Below, in pieces: positions 30,546 to 41,697 of a stretch of DNA of 64,000 bases. The stretch lies in NCBI GenBank assembly GCA_965249135.1, contig OZ252220.1, forward strand, positions 928,001-992,000, written 5' to 3'. A program made the position numbers and the translations under genes. Below the pieces are notes generated by a model, which did not search any database, had not been told where the DNA came from, and worked only from the letters and a program-made list of their open reading frames with translations. Every line of letters begins with the position of its first letter. Within the stretch, counting starts at the first letter, position 1. This DNA is from Alphaproteobacteria bacterium (lineage in GTDB: Bacteria; Pseudomonadota; Alphaproteobacteria; GCA-2746255).

Positions 30546-30566
30546 TTATCCACAAGCTGTGGATAA
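30546..30566. promoter_or_regulatory. Inverted pair of perfect DnaA boxes next to the methyltransferase RBS
   Basis: TTATCCACA-agc-TGTGGATAA. Confidence 0.6.
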
Positions 30567-30735
30567 TCACCGAAAGACTCTGTAGAATCAATAAGATATC
30601 AATAGCTGCTAAAGCGTAATGTTAGCACATCTTGTGCCATCGCTTTGCCCAAGTACCAGTGGTTGAGTCGGCAATTTAACACGCCACGATCAGCGCCCGA
30701 TTTCCCAAAGCATAAATTGCCCCGGCTCCTGTTCT

Positions 30736-30967
30736 GCTTTTCTTGCAAGCGTGCCATGCCGAAGGAGCGAAAACTTCGTTACACTCCGCCTCCCAATCCC
30801 CCGCCATCGCTTAAAGAGCAGACCCAGTGAGCGTACCCGAATCCAAAATTAAACCGGCCACGCCGGCGAATTTGAAGCTTGCCGGAAAGCAGCTTCGCGA
30901 AGGCGGCCTCGTCGCCTTTCCGACGGAGACCGTCTATGGCCTCGGCGGGGACGCGACGAACGACCAG
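30736..30967 (+). repeat. Direct repeat copy 2 (5' end of intact tsaC)
   Basis: Matches 28646-28877 at an offset of 2090 bp. Confidence 0.95.
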
Positions 30968-31852
30968 GCGATCGCGCGCATCTTCGCGATCAAGTCGCGG
31001 CCCTCCTTCAATCCCCTGATCGTCCACCTCGCCGACCGGGCGGCGGCCGAGAAGGTGGCGGTGTTCGATGACCGCGCACGCCTGCTCGCCGAACGTTTCT
31101 GGCCGGGATCGCTGACCCTCGTGCTGAAGCGGCGCGCCGACACGAAGGTGTCCGCACTTGCCAGCGCCGGTCTTCCGACGGTGGCGCTCCGGGCCCCTTT
31201 GAACGACGTCGCCCAGACGCTGCTGAAACATGCCGGCCGGCCGATCGCCGCCCCCAGCGCCAACCGCTCCGGCAATGTCAGCCCGACCACGGCCGAGCAC
31301 GTCGCGGCCTCGCTGGGCACGGCGGTCGATCTCATTCTCGACGGCGGCACTTGCGAGATCGGTATCGAATCGACGGTGCTCGACGTAAGCGGCGATCCGG
31401 CCCTTTTGCTGCGCCCCGGTGCCGTCACGGAAACGATGCTGCGTGATGCAATCGGCGACATCGAAGTGGTGACCGCCAGCGACGAGAAACGGCCCCGCTC
31501 GCCCGGCATGTCGGACCGCCACTACGCGCCCTCGATCCCGGTGCGGCTCGACGCCACCTCCGCCGAACCGGGAGACGCGTTGCTTTCGTTTGGAACCCAC
31601 ACGATCACCGGCTTCGCGGCGGAGCGCAATCTGAGCGAGAAGGGCGACCTCACCGAAGCGGCGGCGAATTTCTACCGGCTGTTGCGCGATCTCGATTGGT
31701 CCGGCTTCCGGACGATCGCCGTCACGCCGATCCCCGAGGAGGGGCTGGGCATCGCCATCAACGACCGCTTGCGCCGGGCCGCGGCGGCGACCGGGGAGGT
31801 GGCGCCGGACCTTGCGCCGAAGCCGAAGAAGCGGCGCAAGAAGAAGGCGTAG
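30827..31852 (+). CDS. tsaC: Threonylcarbamoyl-AMP synthase (Sua5 type)
   Basis: VAFPTETVYGLG, KSRPSFNPLIVH, APSANRSG, GIESTV, PGM-x3-HYAP. Confidence 0.95.
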   Translation: MSVPESKIKPATPANLKLAGKQLREGGLVAFPTETVYGLGGDATNDQAIARIFAIKSRPSFNPLIVHLADRAAAEKVAVFDDRARLLAERFWPGSLTLVLKRRADTKVSALASAGLPTVALRAPLNDVAQTLLKHAGRPIAAPSANRSGNVSPTTAEHVAASLGTAVDLILDGGTCEIGIESTVLDVSGDPALLLRPGAVTETMLRDAIGDIEVVTASDEKRPRSPGMSDRHYAPSIPVRLDATSAEPGDALLSFGTHTITGFAAERNLSEKGDLTEAAANFYRLLRDLDWSGFRTIAVTPIPEEGLGIAINDRLRRAAAATGEVAPDLAPKPKKRRKKKA

Positions 31853-31856
31853 AGCG

Positions 31857-33275
31857 ATGGCGGAGACGCGAGCAGCGCTCGCCGAATTGCAGGCCGCCCT
31901 TGGCCCCATTGGCTGGTCCGAAGATGAAGGCCTGCTCGCGCCGCACCTGATTGATGCCCGTGGTCGCTACGAAGGCAAAGCGCTGGGTCTCGCCAGGCCC
32001 GCCTCCACGGAAGAGACGGCCAAGCTGGTGCGCATCTGTGCCGCGCACCGCATCGGGATCGTGCCCCAGGGCGGCAACACCGGCCTCGTCGGCGGGGCGA
32101 CGCCGGAAGGGCCGGGCGATGAGGTCCTCCTGCAGATGGGCCGGATGAACCGCATTCGCGAGACCGATCTTGGCAACGACACGATGACCGTCGAGGCGGG
32201 CGCCATCCTCGCCGACGTCCAGGCGGCAGCCTTTGGCGTCGATCGCCTTTTTCCTTTGAGCCTCGCCTCCGAAGGCTCCGCCCAGATCGGCGGCGTGCTT
32301 TCCACGAATGCCGGCGGCAACGCCGTGTTGCGTTACGGAAACGCCCGCGAGCTCGTGCTTGGGCTGGAGGTCGTGCTGGGCGATGGCAGTGTGTGGGACG
32401 GCCTTAAGGGTCTTCGTAAGGACAACACCGGCTACGACCTGAAACAGGTCTTCATCGGTGCGGAAGGCACGCTCGGCATCCTCACGGCCGCCGTGTTGAA
32501 ACTTTTTCCCAGTCCCAAGGAATGGGCGGCGGCCTTCGTCGCCGTGCCGGGGCCTGAGGCTGCGATCAAATTGCTAAGCCTTGCCAAGCACGAAGCGGGT
32601 GAGGCCTTGAGCGCGTTTGAGTTGATGCCCCGCATCGGGCTCGACTTCGTGCTCGCCCATATCGCGGGCACGCGCGATCCCCTTGCTGCGCGTCACGACT
32701 GGTACGTCCTGGTCGAGCTCACCGCGTCCGGCGCCGGCGATCGCTTGAAGCCGCTTCTCGTCCAACTCCTGGAGAAGGGAATGGCCGAAGGGCTCCTTCG
32801 CGATGCCGCCGTCGCCGAGACGCTCGAACAGAAAGACGCGTTCTGGCGGCTTCGCGATTCGTTGCCGGAGGCCCAGAAGCACGAAGGCGGCAGCATTAAG
32901 CACGACGTCTCCGTACCGGTCTCGAAGATTCCGGAATTCATGGCGCGCGCGGCGGCCCTCGTCCAGGATCGGCTTGCCGGCGTGCGCATCTGCGCCTTCG
33001 GCCATGTCGGCGACGGCAACCTTCACTTCAATCTGAGCCAGCCGGAAGGTGCGGACAAGGACGCCTTTCTTGCGCAGTGGGAAGACGTGAACGCCCGCGT
33101 CCATGACCTTGCCACCGAAATGGGCGGCTCGTTTGCCGCCGAGCACGGCGTCGGCCAGATGAAGCGCGCCGCCCTCAAGCGCTACAAATCCGAGGTCGAG
33201 ATCGAACTGATGCGGCGCCTGAAATCGGCCTTCGACCCGCAAGGCATCCTGAACCGGGGCAAGATTCTCTTTTGA
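31857..33275 (+). CDS. FAD-linked oxidase (D-2-hydroxyacid dehydrogenase-like)
   Basis: PQGGNTGLVGG, LRKDNTGYDL, GAEGTLG, FGHVGDGNLH, AEHGVG. Confidence 0.92.
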   Translation: MAETRAALAELQAALGPIGWSEDEGLLAPHLIDARGRYEGKALGLARPASTEETAKLVRICAAHRIGIVPQGGNTGLVGGATPEGPGDEVLLQMGRMNRIRETDLGNDTMTVEAGAILADVQAAAFGVDRLFPLSLASEGSAQIGGVLSTNAGGNAVLRYGNARELVLGLEVVLGDGSVWDGLKGLRKDNTGYDLKQVFIGAEGTLGILTAAVLKLFPSPKEWAAAFVAVPGPEAAIKLLSLAKHEAGEALSAFELMPRIGLDFVLAHIAGTRDPLAARHDWYVLVELTASGAGDRLKPLLVQLLEKGMAEGLLRDAAVAETLEQKDAFWRLRDSLPEAQKHEGGSIKHDVSVPVSKIPEFMARAAALVQDRLAGVRICAFGHVGDGNLHFNLSQPEGADKDAFLAQWEDVNARVHDLATEMGGSFAAEHGVGQMKRAALKRYKSEVEIELMRRLKSAFDPQGILNRGKILF

Positions 33276-33279
33276 TCCT

Positions 33280-34551
33280 TCAGACGAGCAGATCGTCCAC
33301 GGTCACGAAGAGACCGCCCAGCTCAATGCCGGAAAAGCTGCCGGGATCGGCGCTGTAGCCATCGACGCGAAACAGCGGCTGGAAAAGCACGAAGGGGGCA
33401 GCCGGATCCTGGGTGAAGACGACGAGATCGCCGTTCGCATCAAGGCCGGCGGTCGCCTCGGTGGTCGGCGAAAAATCCTCGAGCGTGGCCGAATTCACGC
33501 CTTGCCCGTCCTGGATGACGTCGAACCCGGTCTCGTCCCCGTAGAACAGGTAAACGTCGTCGCCCCCGCCGCCAGCGAGGAAATCATCGCCTTCGCCGCC
33601 GGCAAGACTGTCGCCGCCGCCCATGCCGGAAAGAAAGTCATCGCCCGCACCTCCCCAGAAGGCATTCGCGCCCGCGTTCCCCGTGATCGTGTTTGCATCT
33701 ACGTTGCCGACGGCGTTCGCCGCCACCGCCTCGAGCAGGTGAAGCGTCTCCACGAAGTCGCCGAGAAAGAAGAGATGATCGGCATCGACGGCCATCCGCG
33801 CATCGATCGCGGCACCCGAAAAGGCGAAGCTCGCCGGCGCCGTGCCGGCGCCGATCGCCGCGATCAGTGGATCGCCCGCCTCGATCGTATCGAAACCGCC
33901 ACCGTCACCACTCGGCAGTTCGATGACGGTATCGTTCGGATCGTTCAGCCGAAAGACGTCGTCGCCGGCACCCCCGGTCAACTTGTCCGTGCCGGCGCCG
34001 CCATCGAGGAAATCATTGCCGCCGCCGAAGCCGAACAGGGAATCGGCGTTGGGGCCGCCGGTGAGCGTGTCGGCACCCGCCCCACCGAAAAGGGTCTCGC
34101 CGAGCGGCACCGGCGCGGCGGCGCTCGCCACGAACGGCGTGAAGAAGAACTCGATTGGTGTGAAGGGACCGGGCTCGCCGCTCAACACCTGTTCGGCAAA
34201 GAATTCGGCTTCCGGCGGCGTCTCGAAGGTCGAAGGAAAGCCGGGATCGCCGGTTGGCTCCTCAAGGATCGTAAAGCCGGGCCCGCCAGGCTCAAAGCCG
34301 GGCCCATCGAAAGCCGCCGCCGCGTTTGCCTCACCACCCGCGTCCGCCTCGCCGTCTGCGTCTGCCGCCGGTTCCAGCAAGGCCACGTCCCTGCCGTGTT
34401 CCCCCTCACGCCCGCCGGCGCCCCCACCGGTGCCGAACAGCGGATCCAGGAAATCCGCACCGGCCAACGGCGCGCCCGTCCCCAAACCCGGCACCTCCTC
34501 GGGGAGCACCGGGGCTGGTTTCGCGGGATCGGGGACCGCCATGACCGCCAC
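33280..34551 (-). CDS. RTX/hemolysin-type calcium-binding protein
   Basis: Multiple GGxGxDxL nonapeptides; very acidic; start uncertain. Confidence 0.8.
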   Translation of the reverse strand: MAVMAVPDPAKPAPVLPEEVPGLGTGAPLAGADFLDPLFGTGGGAGGREGEHGRDVALLEPAADADGEADAGGEANAAAAFDGPGFEPGGPGFTILEEPTGDPGFPSTFETPPEAEFFAEQVLSGEPGPFTPIEFFFTPFVASAAAPVPLGETLFGGAGADTLTGGPNADSLFGFGGGNDFLDGGAGTDKLTGGAGDDVFRLNDPNDTVIELPSGDGGGFDTIEAGDPLIAAIGAGTAPASFAFSGAAIDARMAVDADHLFFLGDFVETLHLLEAVAANAVGNVDANTITGNAGANAFWGGAGDDFLSGMGGGDSLAGGEGDDFLAGGGGDDVYLFYGDETGFDVIQDGQGVNSATLEDFSPTTEATAGLDANGDLVVFTQDPAAPFVLFQPLFRVDGYSADPGSFSGIELGGLFVTVDDLLV

Positions 34552-34919
34552 CCTTTGCCAGCAAGAGAAGAATCGCCCGAAGGGGCCTTCTACTTAAAGT
34601 TAAAAAAGTAATAGCAAATAAAACTTATCGGCTATCTTCTCTATATACTTACGACTTAAAGTGTTTTCTCTTACCCTTAACGGACTACACTGTTCGGATT
34701 AACCATACATCCGTCAAGGCCTTTGTCTTTCTTCTTCCTCTTCTCTTACTCTCTTCTTGAGGATGCGCCGCGGCGCAGGCCCGGCCGCCGGTCGCAAACG
34801 CCGAGCCCCGCGCCAGCAGTTCCCCTTGCATGCGCCCCGACAAGCGGGCAGATTTTTGTCTTGCGTTGCGCCCGGCGATAAGCGAAACAACGCGGCCGAT
34901 CTTGAGATTTGATGTGGAG

Positions 34920-35393
34920 ATGCTGGCGATGGCACGGAGAGCATCCGTTGCAAACACGGTGATTTCCCGTGGCGAGGAGCGCGCCGACGCGACGCCGTCC
35001 TTGAAGGCCGCGACGCTTTCGACGGATTACTTCGTCGAGAAGGACGGCCTTACCTTCGCCGGTCTGCACGTGCTGCTCGACTTCTGGGGCTGCAGGAAAC
35101 TGGACGAAATGAAGGCGGTAGAACGCGCCCTTCGCGCAGCCGTCGTGGCGGCCGGTGCGACCCTTCTTGACCTCAGCCTCCATCGCTTCACGTCGAGCGG
35201 CGGCATTTCCGGCGTCGCCGTTCTTGCCGAATCCCACATCAGCATCCATACTTGGCCGGAACGCGGTTACGCGGCGCTCGACATCTTCATGTGCGGCGGC
35301 TGCGACCCTTACAAGGCGGTCCCCGTACTTCGCGAGGCCTTCCAGCCGGACAATGTGCAGCTGCACGAACAGCGGCGGGGACTCACGGTTTGA
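34920..35393 (+). CDS. speD: S-adenosylmethionine decarboxylase proenzyme
   Basis: GLHVLLD, LAESHISIHTWPE, DIFMCG. Confidence 0.95.
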   Translation: MLAMARRASVANTVISRGEERADATPSLKAATLSTDYFVEKDGLTFAGLHVLLDFWGCRKLDEMKAVERALRAAVVAAGATLLDLSLHRFTSSGGISGVAVLAESHISIHTWPERGYAALDIFMCGGCDPYKAVPVLREAFQPDNVQLHEQRRGLTV

Positions 35394-36238
35394 CGGGCAA
35401 GTGGTTCGAAGAAACGCTCCATCCGGACTTCCACCAGCGGCTGAAGATCTCCGACGTTCTCCACCACGAAAAGACGGATTACCAGGGCCTCCTCATCTTC
35501 GAGAACTCCGCACTCGGCCGGGTGCTGGCGCTGGACGGCGTCGTCCAGACGACGGAGGCCGACGAGTTCTTCTACCACGAGATGCTGACCCATCCCGCCA
35601 TCCTGGCCCATGGCGAGGCGAAGCGCGTCCTCATCATCGGCGGCGGCGACGGCGGCGCGCTCGAAGAAGCGCTGAAGCACCCGATCGAGAAGGCGACGGT
35701 CATCGAGATCGACCCCGCCGTCGTCGAACTTTCGAAGAAATACCTGCCGTCGATTTCCGCCGGCGCCTTCGACGATCCGCGCACCGAACTGATCATCTGG
35801 GACGGCACGAAGTTCGTCGCCACGACGGAAGAACGCTTCGATGTCATCCTCGTCGATTCGACGGATCCTGTCGGCCCGGCGATGGTCCTCTTCCAGGAAG
35901 AGTTCTATGCGAACTGCAAGCGCTGCCTCACCGAGCGGGGAATCCTGATCACCCAAAGCGGCGTTCCCTTCCTCCAGGCCGCCGAAGCGCGCAGCACCAA
36001 CCGCCATTTCCGGGCGCTGTTTGCGGACCACAGCTTCTACCTGGTGCCGGTGCCAAGCTATGTCGGCGGCTTCATGACGCTCGGCTGGGCAAGCCTCTCG
36101 GAGGCAAACCGTGCCGTCTCCCGGGATGAGATCGAGCGCCGTTACGCGGCCGCCCAGATCGCGACCCGCTACTACAATCCGGACATCCACCTTGCCGCCT
36201 TCGCGCTCCCCAACTATATCCGTGAGTTGATGGGCTAA
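35390..36238 (+). CDS. speE: Spermidine synthase
   Basis: LDGVVQTTEADEFFYHEM, VLIIGGGDGG, DSTDP; TTG start overlapping the speD stop. Confidence 0.95.
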   Translation: MTGKWFEETLHPDFHQRLKISDVLHHEKTDYQGLLIFENSALGRVLALDGVVQTTEADEFFYHEMLTHPAILAHGEAKRVLIIGGGDGGALEEALKHPIEKATVIEIDPAVVELSKKYLPSISAGAFDDPRTELIIWDGTKFVATTEERFDVILVDSTDPVGPAMVLFQEEFYANCKRCLTERGILITQSGVPFLQAAEARSTNRHFRALFADHSFYLVPVPSYVGGFMTLGWASLSEANRAVSRDEIERRYAAAQIATRYYNPDIHLAAFALPNYIRELMG

Positions 36239-36264
36239 GCCCGCCTCTTTCCCTTAAAGCAAAA

Positions 36265-37116
36265 ATGGCCCGCAAAACGAACATGGCAGCAACCACCGAA
36301 CGGCAAGACCCTCTCCCCGGCATCCGCGCCGTCCTTGCGGTCGCCTCCGCCAAGGGCGGCGTCGGCAAATCGACGACCGCCGTCAATCTGGCGGTCGGCC
36401 TGAGCGGACGGGGCAAACGGGTGGCGCTGCTGGATGCCGACGTCTATGGGCCCTCGGTGCCCCGGCTGCTCGGCCTCCGGGGCCAGCCCACCACCCTTGC
36501 GGACGGGCGGCTCAAGCCGATGGTGAACCACGGCGTCAGCTGCATGTCGATCGGTTTCCTGGTCGAGGAGGCGACGCCGATGATCTGGCGCGGCGCCATG
36601 GTGATGGGGGCCATCGAGAACCTGATCAAGGACGTCGCCTGGGGCGAGCTCGACGTGCTGGTGCTTGATCTGCCGCCCGGCACTGGCGATGCCCAACTCA
36701 GCATCACCCAGCGCATCCCCTTGACCGGTGCCATCATCGTGTCTACGCCCCAGGACATCGCCCTTATCGATTCGCGAAAGGGGATCGCCATGTTCGAAAA
36801 AGTGAACGTGCCGATCTTCGGCCTCGTCGAGAACATGAGCACTTTCGTTTGTCCAGGCTGCGGGGAGCGTTCCGACATCTTCGGTCACGGCGGCGTGCGC
36901 GAAGTGGCCATCGAGCTTGGCATCGGGTTCCTCGGCGAAATTCCCCTTGAGGTTTCGATTCGCGAGGCCTCGGACGCCGGCACCCCGATCGTGGCCCACG
37001 CGCCGGAAAGCGCAGCGGCCGCCTGCTATGGGCGCATCCTCGATTCGCTCATCGAGAAGATCGATGCAAGCTTAGGCGATGGCGAGCGCTTGGCCCCGCG
37101 CATCGTCGTAGAGTAA
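36265..37116 (+). CDS. mrp: Mrp/ApbC Fe-S cluster carrier ATPase
   Basis: KGGVGKST, DADVYGPS, DLPPGTGD, ENMS-x-FVCPGC. Confidence 0.93.
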   Translation: MARKTNMAATTERQDPLPGIRAVLAVASAKGGVGKSTTAVNLAVGLSGRGKRVALLDADVYGPSVPRLLGLRGQPTTLADGRLKPMVNHGVSCMSIGFLVEEATPMIWRGAMVMGAIENLIKDVAWGELDVLVLDLPPGTGDAQLSITQRIPLTGAIIVSTPQDIALIDSRKGIAMFEKVNVPIFGLVENMSTFVCPGCGERSDIFGHGGVREVAIELGIGFLGEIPLEVSIREASDAGTPIVAHAPESAAAACYGRILDSLIEKIDASLGDGERLAPRIVVE

Positions 37117-37127
37117 AAGAGCCCCGC

Positions 37128-37487
37128 TCAAGGTTCGCGGCTCAACCCTTCCTTCTCCAGACGATCGAGGTAGTGCCGCCACAGCTCGTCCTGGCGGCTT
37201 CCCAGTTCGTACAAATAGTCCCACGAATAGATGCCCGTGTCGTGCAGGTCGTCAAACGCGATCTGGACCGCGTAATTGCCGACCGGCTCCACCTTTAGAA
37301 TGCCGACATGCCGGCGCCCGCCGATCAGTTTCCCCGGCCCCGACCCATGGCCGCGCATTTCGGCGGACGGGCTCTGGATACGCAGGAACTCGGCCGGCAG
37401 GCTGAAAGTCTGGCCGTCATCGAAGTCGATTTCAAGAACCTTCTCCTTCGATTTCAGCCGCACCTCGCTCGGCCACGGCCGCCCCAT
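37128..37487 (-). CDS. DUF971 / GBBH-like N-terminal domain protein
   Basis: AEFLRIQSPSAE-x-RGH, PVGNYA, FDDLHDTGIYSW. Confidence 0.9.
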   Translation of the reverse strand: MGRPWPSEVRLKSKEKVLEIDFDDGQTFSLPAEFLRIQSPSAEMRGHGSGPGKLIGGRRHVGILKVEPVGNYAVQIAFDDLHDTGIYSWDYLYELGSRQDELWRHYLDRLEKEGLSREP

Positions 37488-38218
37488 CAGGACGCCCAAC
37501 CGCCGCAGAACGGGATGAGCTGACTGGTGACGAAGTTCGACTCGTCTGCGGCGAGAAAGGCAACCAGCGCGGTCAACTCCTCCGGTTTTGCGTAACGCTT
37601 GATCGGGCATTCCTCTTCGATGAGCTTCCGCATGAATGCCTCGCCCAGAATATGCTTCGGAAAGTAGGTCGGATTTTCCGCATAGTTCGGCCCGATCGCG
37701 TTCACCTGGATGTTGGACTCGCCAACCTCGAGCGCCAGCGCCTTCATCAACGCCGTCGCCCCGCCCCTTGCCGCACAATAGGTGGAAAGGTTCGGCAAGC
37801 CCTTCATCGGCCCGGCCGACGTCATGAAGACGATCTTGCCGGCCTTTTGCTTCTTCATGTACGGGATGGCGGCCCGCGCCAGCCGGAAGGGCTCGATCGT
37901 CAACCCCTCCAGATAGTCCCGGTAGACCTCAACGCTGGCCGTCTCCACCGCCGATGGGAAAAGCGGCACGAAATTGTTGGAAAAAAGAAGATCGATCCGC
38001 CCGCACCGCTTGACGACGGCTTCGACCGCACCTTCCGGTTCCAACTCGTCGATGATCTCGACATCCGGGTTCGCGGACCTGAACGCCTTGCGGCTTTCCG
38101 CATCGGCAAAGCTGCGATCGTTGCAAAGCACCTTCCAGCCGCCGTCCAGCAACGCCTTCATGGCAGCAGGCCCGCCATAGCCGGTGACGAGGGTAATCAG
38201 TGCGACTTTATCCTTCAT
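37487..38218 (-). CDS. Halohydrin dehalogenase (SDR fold)
   Basis: Both HHDH signatures present: T-X4-Y-X-G (TLVTGYGG) and S-X12-Y-X3-R (SAGPMKGLPNLSTYCAAR); also PNYAENPTYFP. Confidence 0.85.
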   Translation of the reverse strand: MKDKVALITLVTGYGGPAAMKALLDGGWKVLCNDRSFADAESRKAFRSANPDVEIIDELEPEGAVEAVVKRCGRIDLLFSNNFVPLFPSAVETASVEVYRDYLEGLTIEPFRLARAAIPYMKKQKAGKIVFMTSAGPMKGLPNLSTYCAARGGATALMKALALEVGESNIQVNAIGPNYAENPTYFPKHILGEAFMRKLIEEECPIKRYAKPEELTALVAFLAADESNFVTSQLIPFCGGWAS

Positions 38219-38253
38219 CGTCGTTCCTCCCTTAAGACCCCCTTGCCTGCGCA

Positions 38254-38982
38254 TCACGTCCAGCCGCCGGCGAAGGGAACGACCTCGCCGATGATGAAAT
38301 CCGATCCTGCGCCTGCGAGGAAGGCGACAAGCGCGCCGGCCGCTTCCGGCGCAGCTTTTCGCATGCCCGAGCCCGGACCCACGATCACCTTCTCGGCGTC
38401 CGTCTCGCCCATCATCTCCTTCGGGAAATAGGTGGGCGCAACTGAAGCGCCCGGTCCGATCGCGTTCACCTGGACGTTCGCGTCTGCAAGTTCCTGAGCC
38501 AGCGTGCCCATCAGCGCGTTCGCAGTTCCTTGCGCCGTGCAATAGACCGTGTGGCTGGCAAGCCCATAGCGCGACGCATCCGAGGTGACAAAGATGATCT
38601 TGCCGGATTTCTGCTTCTTCATGTGCCGGCTTGCCGCCTTCGCCAGCCGGAAGGGCTCGATGGCAAGCACGTCCAGCGCGTGGCGGAGGTCTTCGACCTT
38701 CGTCTTCTCGATCTGGGCAGGCTTCGCCGGCAACCAGGCATTCGAGACCAGCACGTCCACCCTGCCGTGCCGTGCCACCACCTCCTCGACCAGCCGTTCC
38801 GGATCGAGCGTGGCGGTGACCTCGAGCTTCGGATGCGCCTTGGCGTAAGACTTAACCTCAGAATCGTCCGCGAAGCTCGCGTCGTTGACGATGACCTTGG
38901 CCCCCTCGACCGCCAGGGCATCCGCACCGGCTTGCCCGATCGAGGCGGCCACATGGGTGACGATGCAAACCTTGCCTTGCAT
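38254..38982 (-). CDS. HHDH-like paralog with a degenerate active site
   Basis: Collinear with its neighbour, but S-X12-Y-X3-Q and T-X4-S-X-G. Confidence 0.75.
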   Translation of the reverse strand: MQGKVCIVTHVAASIGQAGADALAVEGAKVIVNDASFADDSEVKSYAKAHPKLEVTATLDPERLVEEVVARHGRVDVLVSNAWLPAKPAQIEKTKVEDLRHALDVLAIEPFRLAKAASRHMKKQKSGKIIFVTSDASRYGLASHTVYCTAQGTANALMGTLAQELADANVQVNAIGPGASVAPTYFPKEMMGETDAEKVIVGPGSGMRKAAPEAAGALVAFLAGAGSDFIIGEVVPFAGGWT

Positions 38983-39061
38983 GACCCCTCCCTCCCCTTA
39001 TGCCTTGCCGTTTGGCTTCGATAAATTCTGCAGAGCGATCAACGAAATAGCAAGGGCCCAA

Positions 39062-39940
39062 TCAGGCCCGGCGCGGCCAGTGGGCAAGGGCGGTGAGCGC
39101 GACGCCGATGAGGATGGCGCATAAACCCCCAACCAGGCTCGCCGTCAATGCCTCGCCAAGCCAAAGCGCCGACGCGCCGACCCCGACGACGGGGATGACA
39201 AGGGAACCAAGCGCCATCGTCATCGCCGGCAGGTGGCGGTTTACTTCGATGAACGCCCAGAAGCAAAACGCGGTGCCAAGGGTGCCGTTATAGGCAAGAA
39301 TCAGCAGGGTCTTCGTATCCTCAGGCCAACGCGGCGCCCCCTCCGCGCCCCACGCCCAGGCCGTGAGCAGCAGAAAGGCGAGTACAAACTGCCAGAAGAC
39401 GGTGACGAGCGGCGGGCCGTGCCAGCCATGGGCGCGGACATGGGTCATGGCGACCGCCCAGCAAAGGGCGGCGAGCAGCAAAAGCCCGTTGCCGAGGCGG
39501 GCTTCGGCGTCCTGCCAGTCGAAGGCGAGCGGGTTGAACAGAAGACCGAGCCCGACCAGCCCGAAAAGCACCCCAAAGAAGCGGTAAGCGCCGAGGCGCT
39601 CGCCGATCCACAGCCAGGCGATCGGCGCGATCCAAAGCGGCATCGTGTAGGAAAGCACCGCCGAGCGGCCCGCCTCGACGACGTCGAGCCCGAGATAGAC
39701 GAGCCCCATGCCGACGCCCATCTGCAGGATGCCGACGCCTGCGATGATCGGCATGTCGCGTCTGCTGGGCCGGACGGAATGCCCCTGGATCAGCACGAAG
39801 GGCGCCAGGCAAAGGACACCGATCCCCATTCGGAACGCCGCGAACCAGAGCGGCGTCAAATCCTCGAGGCCGAGCTTCATGATCGGCCAGTTGAAACCCC
39901 AGACGAGGACGACGCCGGCGAACAGGTAGAAGAAACGCAT
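39062..39940 (-). CDS. DMT/EamA family transporter
   Basis: WGFNWPIMK, about 10 hydrophobic segments, two LGE/IGE repeats. Confidence 0.9.
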   Translation of the reverse strand: MRFFYLFAGVVLVWGFNWPIMKLGLEDLTPLWFAAFRMGIGVLCLAPFVLIQGHSVRPSRRDMPIIAGVGILQMGVGMGLVYLGLDVVEAGRSAVLSYTMPLWIAPIAWLWIGERLGAYRFFGVLFGLVGLGLLFNPLAFDWQDAEARLGNGLLLLAALCWAVAMTHVRAHGWHGPPLVTVFWQFVLAFLLLTAWAWGAEGAPRWPEDTKTLLILAYNGTLGTAFCFWAFIEVNRHLPAMTMALGSLVIPVVGVGASALWLGEALTASLVGGLCAILIGVALTALAHWPRRA

Positions 39941-40004
39941 GCGCGCCCGCCTTTCCCGCCTGGCTTAGGCCAAGGCAAGCGGGCCGGCCAACGGCGAAGG
40001 CTGC

Positions 40005-41697
<1,693 letters not shown>

